DNA of 64,000 nucleotides, from contig CM052818.1 in the NCBI GenBank assembly GCA_028534125.1, positions 24,802,001-24,866,000 on the forward strand. The letters run 5' to 3'. Positions 1-14,891 of this stretch are shown in pieces. Positions within the stretch are counted from its first letter, which is position 1. The number at the start of each line of letters is the position of its first letter. The position numbers and the translations under genes are program-made. Origin of the DNA: Lama glama. Its lineage: Eukaryota. The notes under the pieces were generated by a model. That model had not been told where the DNA came from. It did no database searches and saw nothing but the letters and a program-made list of their open reading frames with translations.

Positions 1-439
1 TTAGGGTTAAGACAACTGTAAGAGTTACCTAATTAAAAAAAACTCAATTACAAAATAATGGGAACATTAACCATACAAAAGAAACCAAAGAGACTTGGTA
101 TACAGTCAGTAACTTATAAGCTTGACAATACAAATTTTACATCCAGTCCTAGTTTACATTGAAAGGAGCTATTTATATTTCATCAAAGCACGAGCTGGAC
201 CATGAGAAGAAGCAAAAGGACCAGAGGGCAGGGGGAATGTTGCCTTACTCTAAAAGATCCCAATATGATGCTTAGAAGCAAGGCATCATCCTTATGATGC
301 ATCCTTTTTTTTTTTTTGCCCTCAAAAAGATCCTACAATCTTGCAAACTCTGAAAAAATTTACCCCAAAGTGGAAATAATATACTGATTGTTTCTCTCAG
401 GATGCTACATTTATACCTTTTGACTATATAAAGTATATG

Positions 440-1030
440 TATGTGCACCCCGATGTTCACAGCAGCACTATATACAACAGCCAAGACATGGAAGCAACCT
501 AAATGTCCATTGACAGATGACTGGATAAAGAAGCTGTGGTACATTTATTCGGTGGAATACTACTCAGCCATAAAAAGAACAAAATAATGTCATTTGCAGC
601 AACATAGATGGACCTGGAGATCATCATTCTAAGTGAAGTAAGCCAGAAAGAGAAAGAAAAATACCAAATGTTATCACTTATATGTGGAATATAAAAATAG
701 AAAAAAGAAGACACTAATGAACTCATCTACAAAACAGAAACAGACTCACAGACAGTAAACAATCTTACGGTTACCGGGGGGAAAGGAGGTGAAAAGGGAT
801 AAACTGGGAGTTTGGGATTTGCAAATATAAAAATTGATTTAAAAAAAAACAAATTTCTTCTGTATAGCACAGGGAACTATACTCAATATCTTGTAGTAAC
901 CTATAATGAAAAAGAATATGAAAACAAATATATTTATGTATCCGTATGACTGAAACATTGTGTTTTACACCAGAAATTGACACATTGTAACTGACACATT
1001 GTAGCTGACTATACTTCAGTTTTTTAAAAA
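440..1030 (+). mobile_element. 5'-truncated L1 (ORF2 C-terminus plus 3' UTR), lineage-specific family
   Basis: Canonical ORF2 end (GCAACCTAAATGTCCA...ATCACTTATATGTGGAATATAA), 3' UTR ending CTGACTATACTTCA, A tail; homologous to copies at 12.3, 15.4 and 25.3 kb. Confidence 0.9.
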
Positions 1031-1323
1031 AGTTGCTGTAACATTTATAGCAGGGGGGAAAAAAGGATATAATCTAAGTATTTGATAATAGGGAAATGTC
1101 CAATAATTTATCTACAACATAAAATTTTATAACAGTTTTTAAATGTAGTTGTAGAAATATTGTATATATTAAATGGAAAGGCAAAATACATAAATCTGGA
1201 AGAAAGATATACATATTCGAATCTACTGAGAAAAGCAAATCAATACACTGGGTAATTTTTACCTGATAAAAATTTTCATCAGAAACCATCTCAGTTGCCT
1301 CACATTTCCTTTGGGTCCTAATT

Positions 1324-1553
1324 AAGGTTGCATTTAGCCAATAAAAGTACAGCAGATCAGTTAAATTTTAATTTCAGATTTAAAGACCACTAATTTTCAG
1401 TATAATTAGTATAAAATGTAAATTACTATAATAAATTAACTTTTTAATATAGTATGCATGCAATTTGGGGACATACCTATATCCCCCAAATTTTATTTTT
1501 TATCTGAAAATTCAAATGTGACTGTATGTCCTGTATTTTACTTGGCATACCTA
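1324..1553. mobile_element. MER53-like palindromic hAT MITE
   Basis: GGTTGCATTTAGCCAATAAAAGTACAG...CCTGTATTTTACTTGGCATACCTA, near-palindromic arms. Confidence 0.7.
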
Positions 1554-4149
1554 CTCTGATTTCTTCCAAGATACCAAATCAAATGGAGAACCAGAAAAAG
1601 AGGTTAGTTCTGGGGAGGAAAAGATCCTTCAAATGCTGGTGACCTGTCTTCTCATGTATGGCCCAGTGGAGAAAGGATACGTTGGGCATGGTTTGTCACT
1701 ATCAGCGTGGAGTTTCCCACCAAGCTTCTCCAATGATCAGCTCATCCTGGATGACTTTGGCTTAAACACTAATCCCTAGTATGGCCAGCAATGATGAACC
1801 ATTTCTACAAATATGGTGCAAACCACAGAAATTTCACACAGAAATAAAAATCTCAATTGCATTTCTCTGATGGGGAATAATAGGCACTTAGACTTTCTAG
1901 ATTCCTCTCCATGACAACAGTTCAAATGGAGAAAATAAAATATAAAAATGCTTCCATCATGTCAACCTTGAAAATGTGTATATCTATATGCAAACAAATT
2001 TTTTATAGAGGTACTGTTAACAATAGGCAGAATAGTTTGTGAAAATAGGATTATAGGAACCACATCAGAATTTAATGCAAATACTGGTATCCCTTCAAAT
2101 TTCCAATATTTTCCTTTACCAACCATACCAGTAGTCTGGCTATATGAATTTTTAATGAGGGAGTATCATAAAAATCTCCTCGAAAGTGTAGAAGACAATT
2201 TACACAGAGTAGCCAGTAAAATGCCTCGTTTTACACATAAAAATGGAGGTGCCAACAAGTTAAATACGCTATTCAAGGTCACATCTATGTCACGACTTTC
2301 CTTTAGGAAGAATAACTGAAATAGTTCCATTTTTCTCACCCCTGCAGAAAGGCGATTAAGGACTGATTATTGACAGTAGCAGACTGACTTAGCAGGACTA
2401 CGAGGTTCATAGTGATAAGCAAAAGCAAAAAACTAGGGCCACATAGATAATCTTGACATTTCACTTTCAGCACAACTCAAAGATGAATTCAAGGACTATA
2501 ATAAATATATATTGATTTCTGCTAAGTATATAAAGAATACTCGATTGTGACCTATACCGATTTCCATTTTGCAAGTCAATAGCTTTTTACCATGCAGACT
2601 TCAACTTTGCTTTCAGGTGGCTGTGTACTGATGGATGCAGAGAGGATTGTGGGGGTTCGTGGAAGCAACCCATCAAACATATAATTAAAAACAAACCCCG
2701 TATCCAATTTTTGCTCCTACAGACCAGATATCTAAACATCTCTCCAGAAGAAACTGGAAGCTTAAACTGGTGGAGAGTGACAATATGTTATTTTGTGGCC
2801 TTTTGTAGCAGCCTGACTGTACACCCAAAGCTAGGCTAACAAGAACTCAAAGTAATATAGCTTGTGTGCAAAATTATAAACCACTGTCAGATAAGATGGA
2901 AAAGTAACATTTCCATAGCAGTTTAAAAGAGTTTTAGAAATTTGCTAACAAGGAACTAGTTTCTTTCCTCCCACCAAATGTTACAGAACAAAATTCAACA
3001 GCTTCTCCTTCATCCAAGATGAAGCTTGTTGATAGAAAATGAGTGAGATGAACTCATAAAATGCTTGCATTTTGTTTCATTACTTTAATCTCTTCTTTTC
3101 AAGGGAAGGGTGGCATCTTGTGGTACAAACACAACTTGCTTCAACAAGCTGAATTTCCCTGTGAGCCAAACCAGCTTGGAAAATGACATCTGGTTCAGAG
3201 CAACTATGCATATTTCTCAATTTCTTTTCCCTACAGGAACCAGCCCCTCTCCTGCCCTATGGTGGCTGCGGTTGCTGTCAGGAGGCAGAGGGCAGTGCGT
3301 GGAAGGAGCTTGGTTTATTATACACAATCTGTCAGGCAAACCACCAGAACAAGCTGCTTCCCCAGCAGCTGTGTCACCAACCCACTACTCCCCTGGGGAG
3401 GGGGAACCCTGATTTTCAGATTTCCCGAGATTTTTTTTTCCTTCCTCACTTACTTACCCTAAGTGATTAACCCTTCCTATAATTACAGTCTCGGGCACTC
3501 TGCTTCTAAAAGCACTTGGCCTATTTCTGGGATAGAGAATAGTGGCCGTGGGTTTATAGCAATGGAGTGTTAGAGTTTTAATCACAGTGCAGGGAAGGAG
3601 GAAAGCCCAGCACAGTTGGGACCAGGAGGGAAAGAAGCAAAATTGTTCCCCAACTGTTTATTTCACACTGAGCAAAGGTAGGAACTCTGACATGATAATG
3701 ACTTCCGTGGGAGTTCGTCGTAAACTTTCGGCTTCACAGATCTGACTTGAGGGGAGGGACGTTTTCTTTCACAGGTCAGTGACACACAAGACCGAGGTCC
3801 TGCTGTGTCTTCTCCTCGGCTGACACCGTGCAACTGGGCATGGCAGACACAGGTGCACAGCGTGGCCACCCATCCCTTCAGCTTTTTGGTAGCTTATATT
3901 ACAACCTATCACCTTCAAAACAGCATCAAAGGCTTGCAAGGATATTTGAAACTCTGTTTCCTTGTGCTAGTAGTTTCTAATTTCTCCCTACTCTTTTTTA
4001 TAAAAATACCACTCTTTTTCATAAAAAAATTATAAAAATAACAAGCACAACTTGTTTCATAAGCAGATTGTTCCAATATACATACGATCTGTGGACATGT
4101 CCCCATGTTATGAAATTTAATGCCAACATATGTTCTCTGTGTAGAAGTA

Positions 4150-6510
4150 TTTTTTTAATCCCTCCAATTATTATATACTTAGGTCATTCTCCCTATAAAT
4201 AACACTGTGTAAATCTTTGTGCACAGTTCTGATTATTTTCTTAGGAAAACATGGCTAAAAGTAAGATTTCTGGGTAAAACAATATGCATATTTTAAGAAT
4301 TTTTAAATATATTACCAAACTGGCCATTGGAAAGATTGCACCACTTTACACCCCCCGCCAAGCAACATTTTCACAGAGCAATTTGAGTTTTATTGCGTTT
4401 TTAAACTTTGCCATTTTGATAGGTAAAAATGGCTAAAAGAGGAATTTGTACAATTTCCAGTGGACAAAATATTTATTTGTATATTCTCACTTTATGTGAA
4501 CATCTTTGTTTTCACTCCTTCAAATCCTTTGCCTATTTTTCTATTAAATGTATCTTTTTATATTAATTGGGATAATCTTTTTCTATATAAGGAAAATCAA
4601 CCCTTTATCATTTAAATAAAAAATATTGTCTCCAATTTTTCAATTTTACCTTAATTCCATTTACGGAAAATTTTTTTTAGGGAGGGTGGTGAGTCTAGTT
4701 CAGTCTATTTATATCTCTTAAGTCTGCTAGTAGCCTCTCCTTTTCTTTTTCTAGCACACTTTAACTTGCCTAAGATTCGTAGCCTTTATTCCTGCTGGGA
4801 GTTGACTTTCTTCCTTTATCATTCTAGCATTTGTTACAGATTGTCTTTCATGTCTGAAAAGAATGGATTGATTATTCAGTAAATGGTGACCAGACAATGG
4901 GGTGTCTAAAAGGATATAAAACTTAGATTCTTACTACAGACCTCAGATATACACAGAGGCTTGCACAAATCCCAGATAAGTTCAAGAGCTAAAGATGAAT
5001 AACCAATGAAAATAAATAATGAAGTAATGGATTAGAAAAAGGAATGAAAAGAAATAAAGGCTCCTGGTCTCAGCAAAAAAGTCTGGTACGAAGTCCAGTA
5101 GAGAAGCAGAGACACTGAGGGCTTAAATAACAGGCATGTGAATGGAATCCACGTGGACTACAGAGCCCAAATGTGCTGCTCTGCATAAGAGAGCCTTCCC
5201 ATGTTCATAAAGGTTTAGGAGAAGCCCAGTGATGACTGCCCTTGAGCTTCTCATCACTGCCATGGTGTTAGGAAAGATGCATATAGTTGCATTTAAAGAA
5301 CATAAGGTAATGTAGTTCTTACATGCTTGACTGGGGTCATAGACTCATATCTGATGGACAGACAAATAGATAAAATAAGAGATCAAAATCCAGATTATAG
5401 ATATTTTAAAACTCCTATAAAACAAATAAAAAGACCTTAAAAATAAAAAGACCATGAAGTATATGAAAAGACAATTCACAAAATATATATATATATATAT
5501 ACAAATGGTGAATATACATGTGAAAGGATCTCAGACTCATTAGCAGTCAGGGAAATGCAAATTCAAACAACAATTAGACATCATACTTTCAACTACAAAA
5601 TTGCTAAAATCAGTAACTTGATAATATCCAACTTGGGAAATCTGGCAAAACCCTCATATGAATATAAACTGCCAGAGGGCTTTTGGAAGGCAGTTTAGCA
5701 GTACCTACTCATGTTTTAAATGTATAGGCTCTTTGTCTCAGAAAGCCACAGGCGTCTTTCCTAGAAAAGAATCTACACCTATGCACAAAGGTGGGACAAG
5801 AAATTTTTTTCAGCATTATCTTTCAACTTTTCAGTTTTACAGGCAAAGTTTCAATGAATGTCTTTGTACAATTGTTGTTTGTGCATATGTAAGCATGTAT
5901 TTCTAAGAAGCAGATTTGCTGAGTCAAAGAGTACACATTTAAAGTTTTATACCAATGGACTAATTTCCCACCAAAATGGTCTTACTCATGTGCTCTCCCA
6001 CCAACAGGGTTTGAGAGTGCCTATTTTCCTGTTCTCTTGCCAACATGAGGCAATATCAACTTTTACCAAATGATAGGTAAGTGGGTAATATCTCAGTTAA
6101 ACAATTTGAAATTCCCTAGTCATTAGAGAAGCTTTCCATTTTTATGTGGTTAAACTGGTACACCTCTCTAACAGCTTCTGAGTTTTAGAAATTCTTCCTT
6201 ATGCTAGTTAATTTGTTTTTCCTTTTTTACATTGTGGTAAAATACACATAACATTAAATTTACTACCTTAACCATTCTTAAGTGTACAGTTCAGTAATGT
6301 TAAGTACATTCACAATGTTGTGCATCCAATCTCCAAAACGATTTCATCTTGCAAAACTGAAACTCCATTAAACAACTCCTGATTTCCCCTTTCCCTCAGC
6401 CCTCATCAACCATCATTCTACTTTCTTTCTCTATGAATTTGATGCCTCTGGGAACCTCACATAGTGGAATCATAGAGTATTTGCCTTTTGTGATTGGCTT
6501 ATTTCAATGC
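4150..6510. mobile_element. Cluster of old L1M fragments in both orientations
   Basis: Degenerate ORF2 and 3' UTR motifs, e.g. TCAGGGAAATGCAAATTCAAAC at ~5547 (+) and GTACAGTTCAGTAATGTTAAGTACATTCACAATGTTGTGCA at ~6284 (-). Confidence 0.65.
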
Positions 6511-6519
6511 AGTTTGTTA

Positions 6520-7000
6520 TTTTTTAAAAATATTTTATTGATGTCTAGTTGATTTAAATGTATTATTTTCTGGTGTACAGCATAGTGATTCAGTTATACA
6601 TATACATATAGTCTTTTTCATATTCTTTTTCATTATATGTTATTACAAGCTATTGAATATATAGCCCTCTGTGCTATACAGTAGGACCTTATTTTTTAAC
6701 TATTTTATATATAGTAGTTGGTATCAGTTAACTCCAAGCTTCTAATTTATCCCTCCACCACCCCTTCCCCTTGGGTAACCATAAGTTTGTTTTCTACATC
6801 TGTGAGTCTGTTTCTGTTTTGTATATAACTTCATTTATGTCACTTTTTTAAGATTTCACATATGAGTGATAGCATATAATATTTGTCTTTCTCCATCTGA
6901 CTTACTTCACTTAGTATGATAATCTCTAGGTCCATCCACGTTGCTACAAATGGCATTATTTCTTTCTCTTTTATGGCTGAGTAGTATCCCATTGTATATA
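6520..7000 (-). mobile_element. L1 3' end, lineage-specific family
   Basis: Reverse complement of the same 3' UTR/ORF2 end seen at 440-1030. Confidence 0.85.
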
Positions 7001-7099
7001 ACTGGAAACAACCCAGTAAAAAACAGAGTAGTTAAATAAACTATAATATATCCATACTTTTTATAACATGCAATTATTTGTTTTATAAGACAGATGTGG

Positions 7100-7400
7100 A
7101 TGTACTGGCCAGGCAAGGGTAACTATGACTTAGATCAAGATCACCATCTTGGATGTAGGTGGTAAAAACTAACAGATTCTGGATATATTCTGAAGTTAGT
7201 GCCAATAGTATATACAATTGGGTTGAATATGGGATTGGAGAGAAAGATGACATGAGTGATTCTGATCTGTGGAAAGGAAAAACTGGAGACAGTATTTTCT
7301 GAGATTGGAAAGATGATTGGAAGAATAGGTTGGGACATGCAAGTATCAAGTAGTGACTTTTTGTCACATTAAATCTAAGATGTACAGTTGACATCTATGG
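7100..7400 (-). mobile_element. L2 fragment
   Basis: GATTCTGGATATATTCTGAAGTTAGTGCCAATAG, purine-rich L2 antisense signature. Confidence 0.6.
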
Positions 7401-8842
7401 TGCACATGCAACTATAGAAAGCATTCATCTTAAGTCACTGTCTCATGCCTTGAGGTGAGACCAACACTTTTTTTTTTTAAAGGATTCAGTAACGTGCACT
7501 GCCTGGCTTAAAATTTTTTTTTCAACATTAAAAAAGTGAACTCTGTATATAATTACAATCTTTTAGCCAAATCTACATTTTAACATGGTGGCCTATTATA
7601 CAATGCTACCACCTGTGTAAAATGAGTCAATCATAGTTTAACAGGACTTGGATACAGTGAAACAATTTGTAATGTAAAATAGAATTATCACATTTGGTGA
7701 TTGTCAAAGCTCCAAGCTGAATAAAATGAGATGTTCCATCTGTTACTGTCTACCTTTCACCCCTACGTGAAGGAAATATAAAAGGGAAGAGTTACAGGAG
7801 CTTCTCCAAGTGGTTGCACAGGACGAAAGTTCTCATTTGGCAGAGACTATGTATTATTAATTTCTGTATCACCCACAGCGGCTTGTGTGTAGTAGGTGTC
7901 CAATTAACATTTGTGGAATTTAATCAAAGCTTATTGAGCTGTAAAGAAAAACGTCACAGTCATTATTCAATACATTTGCCTAAGCATTTATTATGGAATG
8001 TTAAACAAAATAGCTTAACTTCTGACAACTTCAATTATCCACAACACAGATAGTAACTGAGAAAATAAGTGAAAAAGAATTAACTACCGTAAAAACACCT
8101 ATACTTTACTATTTAACAGAAGTCACTTTTAGGCCAGAGAAGAACTTAGAATTATACGTTAGTTTAAAGTAATTCGTCTAAGCTTAAGAGTAAATTAGAA
8201 GCAACAGATAGAGCTGTTTTAACTGAAATGCACTGGAAAATAACTACAAATGAAGGAGAGAAAACAGAACACCAATTATAAAGGAAATAATGTGAATAAT
8301 GTACTGACTGCTGGTGGCACTTTTCCCTTACAGCAAAGTGTCACGACTGATGCGCGTGATGTGAAGAGATTCAATTCCACAAATACATCAATAGATAACA
8401 CATAATCAGATGCTACTGGGATTCAAAAGTAAGACACAGACTCAGCTACCAAAGACCTGAAGGTCGAAAGGCAGAGATAAGAAAAGCACCCGATTATAAG
8501 CAAAGGAAGACTATAAAGCTTTCACAGAGTCGAGAATACTAAAGAAAGAGAACTAAGAAAGATGGGACTCGTGGAGGGAGTCCAGTGTCTTTCCGAGTAA
8601 AGGAAAGATCGAGGACTTTACCAGGTGAGCCAAAGCACAGGAATAAGCCGAAGATTAGTGAGACACATAGATGGGAAGGTGGGTTGAAGCCATGTCATAA
8701 AAGGCGCGCCTACCAAGGTGAAGATTTTTTTTTAATTAGCCAGGGTGGACATTTGAGTGTCACAGAAGGGTTTCGAACAGGGAAATAACATGATGGGAAT
8801 TGGGTAGTGAGAAGATTAACTTAACAATATTATGTAGACTTT

Positions 8843-9005
8843 GGGCCTCAAAGGTGTGGTTCCCAGGCCAGTCGCTTCAGCATCTGTCATTAGCTCGTTA
8901 GAAACACAGACTCGCAGACCCTACTCTGGAAGTACAGATCCAAGGTCTGCGTGTTGACAGGATCCCCGGGTAACACGTAGCACACGGAAGTTTGAGAAGA
9001 ACTGG
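8843..9005. mobile_element. MER5A-like hAT-Charlie MITE
   Basis: CTCAAAGGTGTGGTTCCCAGGCCAG...AGTTTGAGAAGAACTG. Confidence 0.7.
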
Positions 9006-9999
9006 TTTACAATAGCCTAGGAGGCAGGAATTCTGGACATGGAAAGCCAATTCAGAGTTCATTAATATAACACAAGTAAGAGCTGTCATAATACAATCAA
9101 TAGCTAATGAAAACCACTCCTCATGCTTTACTTACATATAGATAACCCTCAGATGAGACGGACGTGCATCTGTAGTAAGGCACTGCTCTGTGAACATGAC
9201 ACTTACTGGACTTCCACCCCTTCTTCTTGAAACCCTAGACTGAGTCTCTAGTTCCACTCAGTTCCATTATCTTTTTCTCCACGTGCTGAGGTTAACAACG
9301 TCCCCTGCCCGTGCTGGGCCTCTCTCTCTCTGCCTCTCTCTCTCCCTCTCTTGCACACACACAGAGGAACCTAATAAATGATAAAGATAATACCACAATT
9401 CAATGGTGAGGGAATAAACTGCTTCATCATGGGTATTGGGAGGATGGTTCACAATGAAGGAAAAAAAGAGGCTCAATCACCATCTGACATCACATGCAAC
9501 TGTGAACACGGGATGAATTAACGATTTAATGTGAAAGGAAAAAAACACAGTAAATATGGGTGAGGGTGAGGAGACGACGAAGCAGGGGGAGTAGAATATC
9601 TTTGTGACCAAGAGGCGACATTGCATTCCATTTGATCATTTAGAGCAGGGACAACGATAGCAGTCAAATGACAAAACGGAGGGAGCGAACTGCAACTTTT
9701 AACACCAATAAGAGATGAACAGCTGGACTATGAAAGGAACTGCTACAAATCAATGGGGGGAAACAAGTGACTCTTAACAGAAAAGAATGGGAAAGAATTT
9801 GAACTGGCAATTTAGAAAAGGAAAAAAAGATGACCAACATTTGTGTTATGAACCGAGGGGTGAGATTAGCCCAATCCTCTGCACCTGCTCTAAGCAACAA
9901 TGCAAGAATCAAGGAAGTCCCCAACCATCAGGGTGAGCTTCCAGTTATTCTACAAACATGTCATTGTTTTCCATCCTCCTTTGCGTTGCTTTCTCTACT

Positions 10000-10170
10000 G
10001 GTCCTTCCTCCCCACCTCACCCTCTCCTCCTCCTCCTCCACCATTCTCTGTCTACGCTGTCTCTCATCTCCCTCTTCCTCTTTCTTCTCTCTTCCTGTTC
10101 TTTATTATTTTCTCTTCCTCCTCCATCCCCCTCTCCCCCTTCATTTTCAACGTTTCCTTCTTTTCTCCCA
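10000..10170. repeat. CT-rich polypyrimidine low-complexity tract
   Basis: CCT/CT-rich run; accounts for the spurious ORFs at 9830-10294. Confidence 0.8.
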
Positions 10171-10214
10171 GAATGAACTCTTTTATCATGTATATATCCA
10201 AAATTTTACCACAA

Positions 10215-10460
10215 TAATAATAAAGATGATGATTGCTAGCATTTATCAACTGCTTACAATATGCCAAGCATCATTCCAAGTTCTTTATACATAGTGATCC
10301 TCACACCAACTCAGGTAGGTACTGCCCTAAGGAAAGTAAAGCGTGGAGAAGCCAAATAGCATGTCCAAGTTCACACAGCCAGGAAGGAGTAAGTAATCAA
10401 TCCAAACTCCAGGCAGTCTGGCACTAGAATCTATGCCATTAGTCACTACGCTACCTGGCC
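10215..10460 (-). mobile_element. MIR
   Basis: AGCATTTATCAACTGCTTACAATATGCCAAGCA...ATCCAAACTCCAGGCAGTCTGG core. Confidence 0.7.
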
Positions 10461-10721
10461 TGCTCTGAGATACAGGCTCAGAAGTGTTCCAAATCCTAAC
10501 AAGATGTTTATTGCAGCATGATTTAAAATGGAAAAAAAATCTGCTCTTAATCTAAACATCCACTAATAGCTATCCACATGCCCATATGTTTGGCATATGA
10601 ACTAGATCTTGCATGTATTCTCATGAAGAGACCTAAAGACATAAGCGAAATATGTAAGGAACAAAATATTGTGTATAATGTAATTTATTTTGTGTAGTTT
10701 CCTTTTTAAAAAGAAATGACC

Positions 10722-10794
10722 GCGTGTGTGTCTACGTGTGTGTGTATGCGTGTATGTGTGTGTATGTGTGTGTGTGTGCACGCACGCACACACA
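10722..10794. repeat. Imperfect (TG)n/(CA)n microsatellite
   Basis: Visible directly in the sequence. Confidence 0.85.
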
Positions 10795-12310
10795 TGGACA
10801 AAATTGTGAGTATGTGTATCTCTGAAAATATTTTGGGAGAAATGATACCTAGGAATATGCTCACAGTAGTTTAAGTTGGAAAAAGGGTCTGGGGTAGAAA
10901 GAAAAACTTACTTTTAATTTTTTGTCTTTGGATTGCTTTAATATTCTAACTACACAGGTATTACTTTGGTTTTTTTTTTTAAACAATTATAGTTACCAGA
11001 ATGATGAGATTGCAGGCCATTTTTGCTCTGTTCTTTACATTTTTGTGTACTAAAAAAACTAATAAACACAATTTGAACAAATACAAAAAATTCCTTTAAA
11101 CCCACTGATGGCATAAATTAGCAATGCTTTCATAATTGAAATCTCCACTTTATGTTTGACATTGTTAATGAAGCGCATTACAGAATATAACCGTACAGAA
11201 TGCAGTCCACGTGGAGAAGAAAAGTAGCTTCTCTTCACAAAAAGCTGGCATCCCTGGCCAAGTGAAATAGCAAGATGTAGACAGCACGTCTCCAGTATGA
11301 TGGCGTGTGGCCTGTCAACGGATTTGAATTAGAGCTGAAAAACACCCTTTCCTAATGATAATATGAAGGAGAAGAGAGTAGGGATCTAGATTAAGAACTT
11401 TTTGCAAATCTATTTGATGGAATTGAACATTTTACTTGACAAAGACTTCTTGGGAAAGTTAGATGTAAAGTACAAATGTTACTAAATGACATGGATGATA
11501 ACAAATGTCCAGGTAGTTTGGATGGTCAACAGAGTTAAGGTCAATTCTTCCCAAGTAGGAATGTTACGAGCATTACACTCAGGGACAACATCATTAAACA
11601 TGAATTCAGGTATAGGATCAGCACACGACATCAAAATCCATTCACTGTTCACCAGCCATAAGTAGACCCAGATAAAGGCACCTCAGCATCTTTTATATTT
11701 TTCAAGGCACCAGTAAAACATTATTTTCCTCTAAGAAATCTGGAAAGTGTTCCTCCATTGTTAACTAAGTTTTATTTTTCCCTTAGGGGATTTTATAATC
11801 TTGGACAAATCTTAGATGAACTTAATGCACCATTTTTTTCAATGACACTTGAAAGAGACTAAATTATTTAAGAATTGCCTTGAATAACTTCAAACAGGTA
11901 GAAGTTAAACTAAAAGACTCCATTTTCAACAGCAACAAAAAGATAAAAATAATATGCAATATATATATTAAGGAAAAGACTACTTCTAAAATAACCAAAA
12001 GATAAGCTGAAAATATTTTTAAAAATCACATCAGTAATGATGATAATTCCCCCACAAGTTGATCTATAAATCTGAGGCAAACTCTTACAAAAACAAAAAA
12101 CAAACAAGCAAAAAACCACCAACCACATCTTTGGAAGCCAGTTAGGAAGACCTATCAAACTTTAAATGCACATACAAATTCTACTTCTAGAAATTTTATC
12201 CTACAAAAAAAGCTCCTACTAACCCCATGATCCATGTTCAAGGTCATCATTGTAGCATTGTTTGCAAGAGCAAAAGATTGCAACCTAAGTGATCATAAAT
12301 AGATAAGTTC

Positions 12311-12853
12311 TGCAGCACTATTTACAATAGCCAAGACATGAAAACAACCTAAATGTCCATCTACAGATGACCAGATAAAGAAGTTGTGGTATATTTATAC
12401 AATGGAATACTACTCAACCATAAAAAAGAATAAAATAATGCCATTTGCAGCAACATACATGGGCCTAGAGATCGTCATTCTAAGTGAAGTAAGCCAGAAA
12501 GAGAAAGAAAAATACTATATGATATCACTCAAGGAATCTGAAAAAAAGACACAATTTATTTACAAAACAGAAACAGACTCATAGACATAGAAAACAAACT
12601 TATGGTTACCAGAGGGGAAAGCGGGTGAGAAGGGATAAATCTAGAATTTGAGATTTGCAGATTCTAACTATTATATATAAAATTGAAAAACAACAAGTTT
12701 CTACTGTATAGCACAGGGAACTATATTCAATACCTTGTAGTAACCTATAATGATAAAGAATATGAAAAGAAATATATATACATATATGTGTGACTGAAAC
12801 ATTATGTTGTACACCAGAAATTGACACAACACTGTAAACTGACTACACTTCAA
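12311..12853 (+). mobile_element. 5'-truncated L1 inserted in an older L1M fragment
   Basis: Same ORF2 end and 3' UTR family; older L1 motifs flank it on both sides (12160-12310, 12855-12930). Confidence 0.88.
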
Positions 12854-14891
12854 CAGACCAGTTAAATAAATTATTGCATATTCATCCAGTGATATACTAT
12901 GCAGCTGATTAAAAACAAAATATTACAAAGCTCTCAAACTATGACATGTTTTCTTATCAGTTATAATTTTCATTTTAAGATGAGAGCTCAGGCCACCATC
13001 ATAGTAATATTTATTGTTCTAGTCTAGGCCACTGAGACAAATTTGTTTGAGGGCTGTGAGAAGGAGAGAGAAAGTCAGTGTACATATAAGGTAAATCTTC
13101 AGAAAGCTATAAAATCTAAACCAGGGTTAGGGAGGAGTAAAGAGAATGTCTCAAATATTTCCAGGAGTTATTAGGACAAAAATAAAGAGCAATGGGAACA
13201 CACAAATGATCAGGAGAGATAAGGAAGAAGAACTGGTTAGTGCAAATTTTCAGATAAAACACAATTTCTTCAAGGCTTTACGTTGAAGAATATCAATTGC
13301 ACAAAAGTATTTTTTAAAGGTGTATTTCTCAGCTAAAATTGGACAGCAGTTTCATTCAAAGGGCTCAAATTGAAAAGATATCATCTCAATCCTTCCATCT
13401 TTAAAAGTACCCCCAAAGCTAGCCACCTCGGAAAGATAAAAATAGATCCTATATTTAAAGACTACCAGAGGAAGATTTCAGTAATTAATTTCAGCACTTA
13501 ACAGAAACTCTTTTTATCAACTATGTTAACTATTACTCAGAATCTTAATAGGCATGTCTTTAAAAAAACTAAATTAATTTAACCTTCAGTTTAAATCTAT
13601 TTTTTTCCCTCCAGGAGAATAAATATCGTATGAGCTCCATAAGGCTGGTGATAGGACACTCTGTTGAACTCTCAAGCAAACCTCTCCACAGAAAGACTTA
13701 CAGAAGTAGGAAGTTGCTTGAAAATGAAAAGAACAGAAAGAGCATCACTCTTCATCCTCACTGCCTGACAGATCTGGTGTAGGTGCAGAATTTATAATGC
13801 TGAAGTGAATTGCTTGACTTTGTAGAAATCGATAAAAGTAAAATTCAATTTAAACTTTTTATTAAAATAACATAAATTTTGAGATGTGACTTTACTGTTG
13901 CCATAAATCATCAAGACCAGTAAAAATTACTAGAGGTGGAACCAGAGAATCATCATTCAAGTACATAAATTATACCTTTAAAAGTAGAGTATTGGCCCTT
14001 TCAGCCTCATCAAGAAAAGAAAAGTTGAGCCAAGTCTATATACTGCACCCCATTCTATTCATGTCAGCAATCTCTGGAGAGAGTGATTGATATGGTCAAG
14101 CCAACTATACAATAATAAGCAATGACTATTAAAATTATTGAAATTTGGGAAGAAGCAAGAGTATACACGGTCCTTTTTAAACACATCTATACAACTTGAG
14201 GACTGGTAAGATTATAGAGAATGGACACTTGTGGCATGATGATCAACTAGCCCAGGCTCCTAGCTCCCTCTCCTGAACACAATCATAAAGAAGCAAAAGC
14301 TAAAACAGCAAAAATAAGCAAAACAAACTAAAAACCAAGAGGGAATCACATGCATTTTAAAAGCTAACATAAAACTCGTAAGAGACTCTTGAAGATCTAG
14401 AAGGTGGTTATGGCCTCAAGTGGGGAGGAAATGGCAGCCTCCCTAGGAGGCTCACAAACCAGGGCCTCAACTTCAGACTCCTCTCCCTGGATACTCATTG
14501 AAAGCCAAGGTAGCAAATACCCACGGGGGAATATATGTTCAGAAGGAAAAATAGCATCTGAAGAACATAAGCGCTACAAAGCAGAAGATGATAAACAGTA
14601 ACATATACCAAACAAAGCTCAATTAATGGAAGAAACAGATTAAGAATTTAAAGTAAGCATAAGATCAAGTATTGGTTACATGGTGCAGAATCAAGAATTT
14701 TAAGGAAAAACCAATGAAGACCCATAGAAGACAATATGCATACAGTGGAGAACTAACTTAGTGAGCTGGAAGATCAAGGCAAAGAACCAGACCAGGATTC
14801 AGGGATGAATTAACAGATAGAATATATGTGGGATATTATGAATATATTTAGAAGATATGAAACTAGAGTTTAACCATCTGCATAATAGTAT

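Noticed and set aside
272..983. Recurring similar short ORFs (also at 12.4-12.8, 15.2-15.5 and 25.0-25.8 kb) suggesting a gene family
   Set aside because: They are sense or antisense readings of L1 ORF2 and 3' UTR copies.
9830..10294. 154-aa and overlapping ORFs
   Set aside because: Produced by the CT-rich low-complexity tract plus a MIR; no protein-like features.
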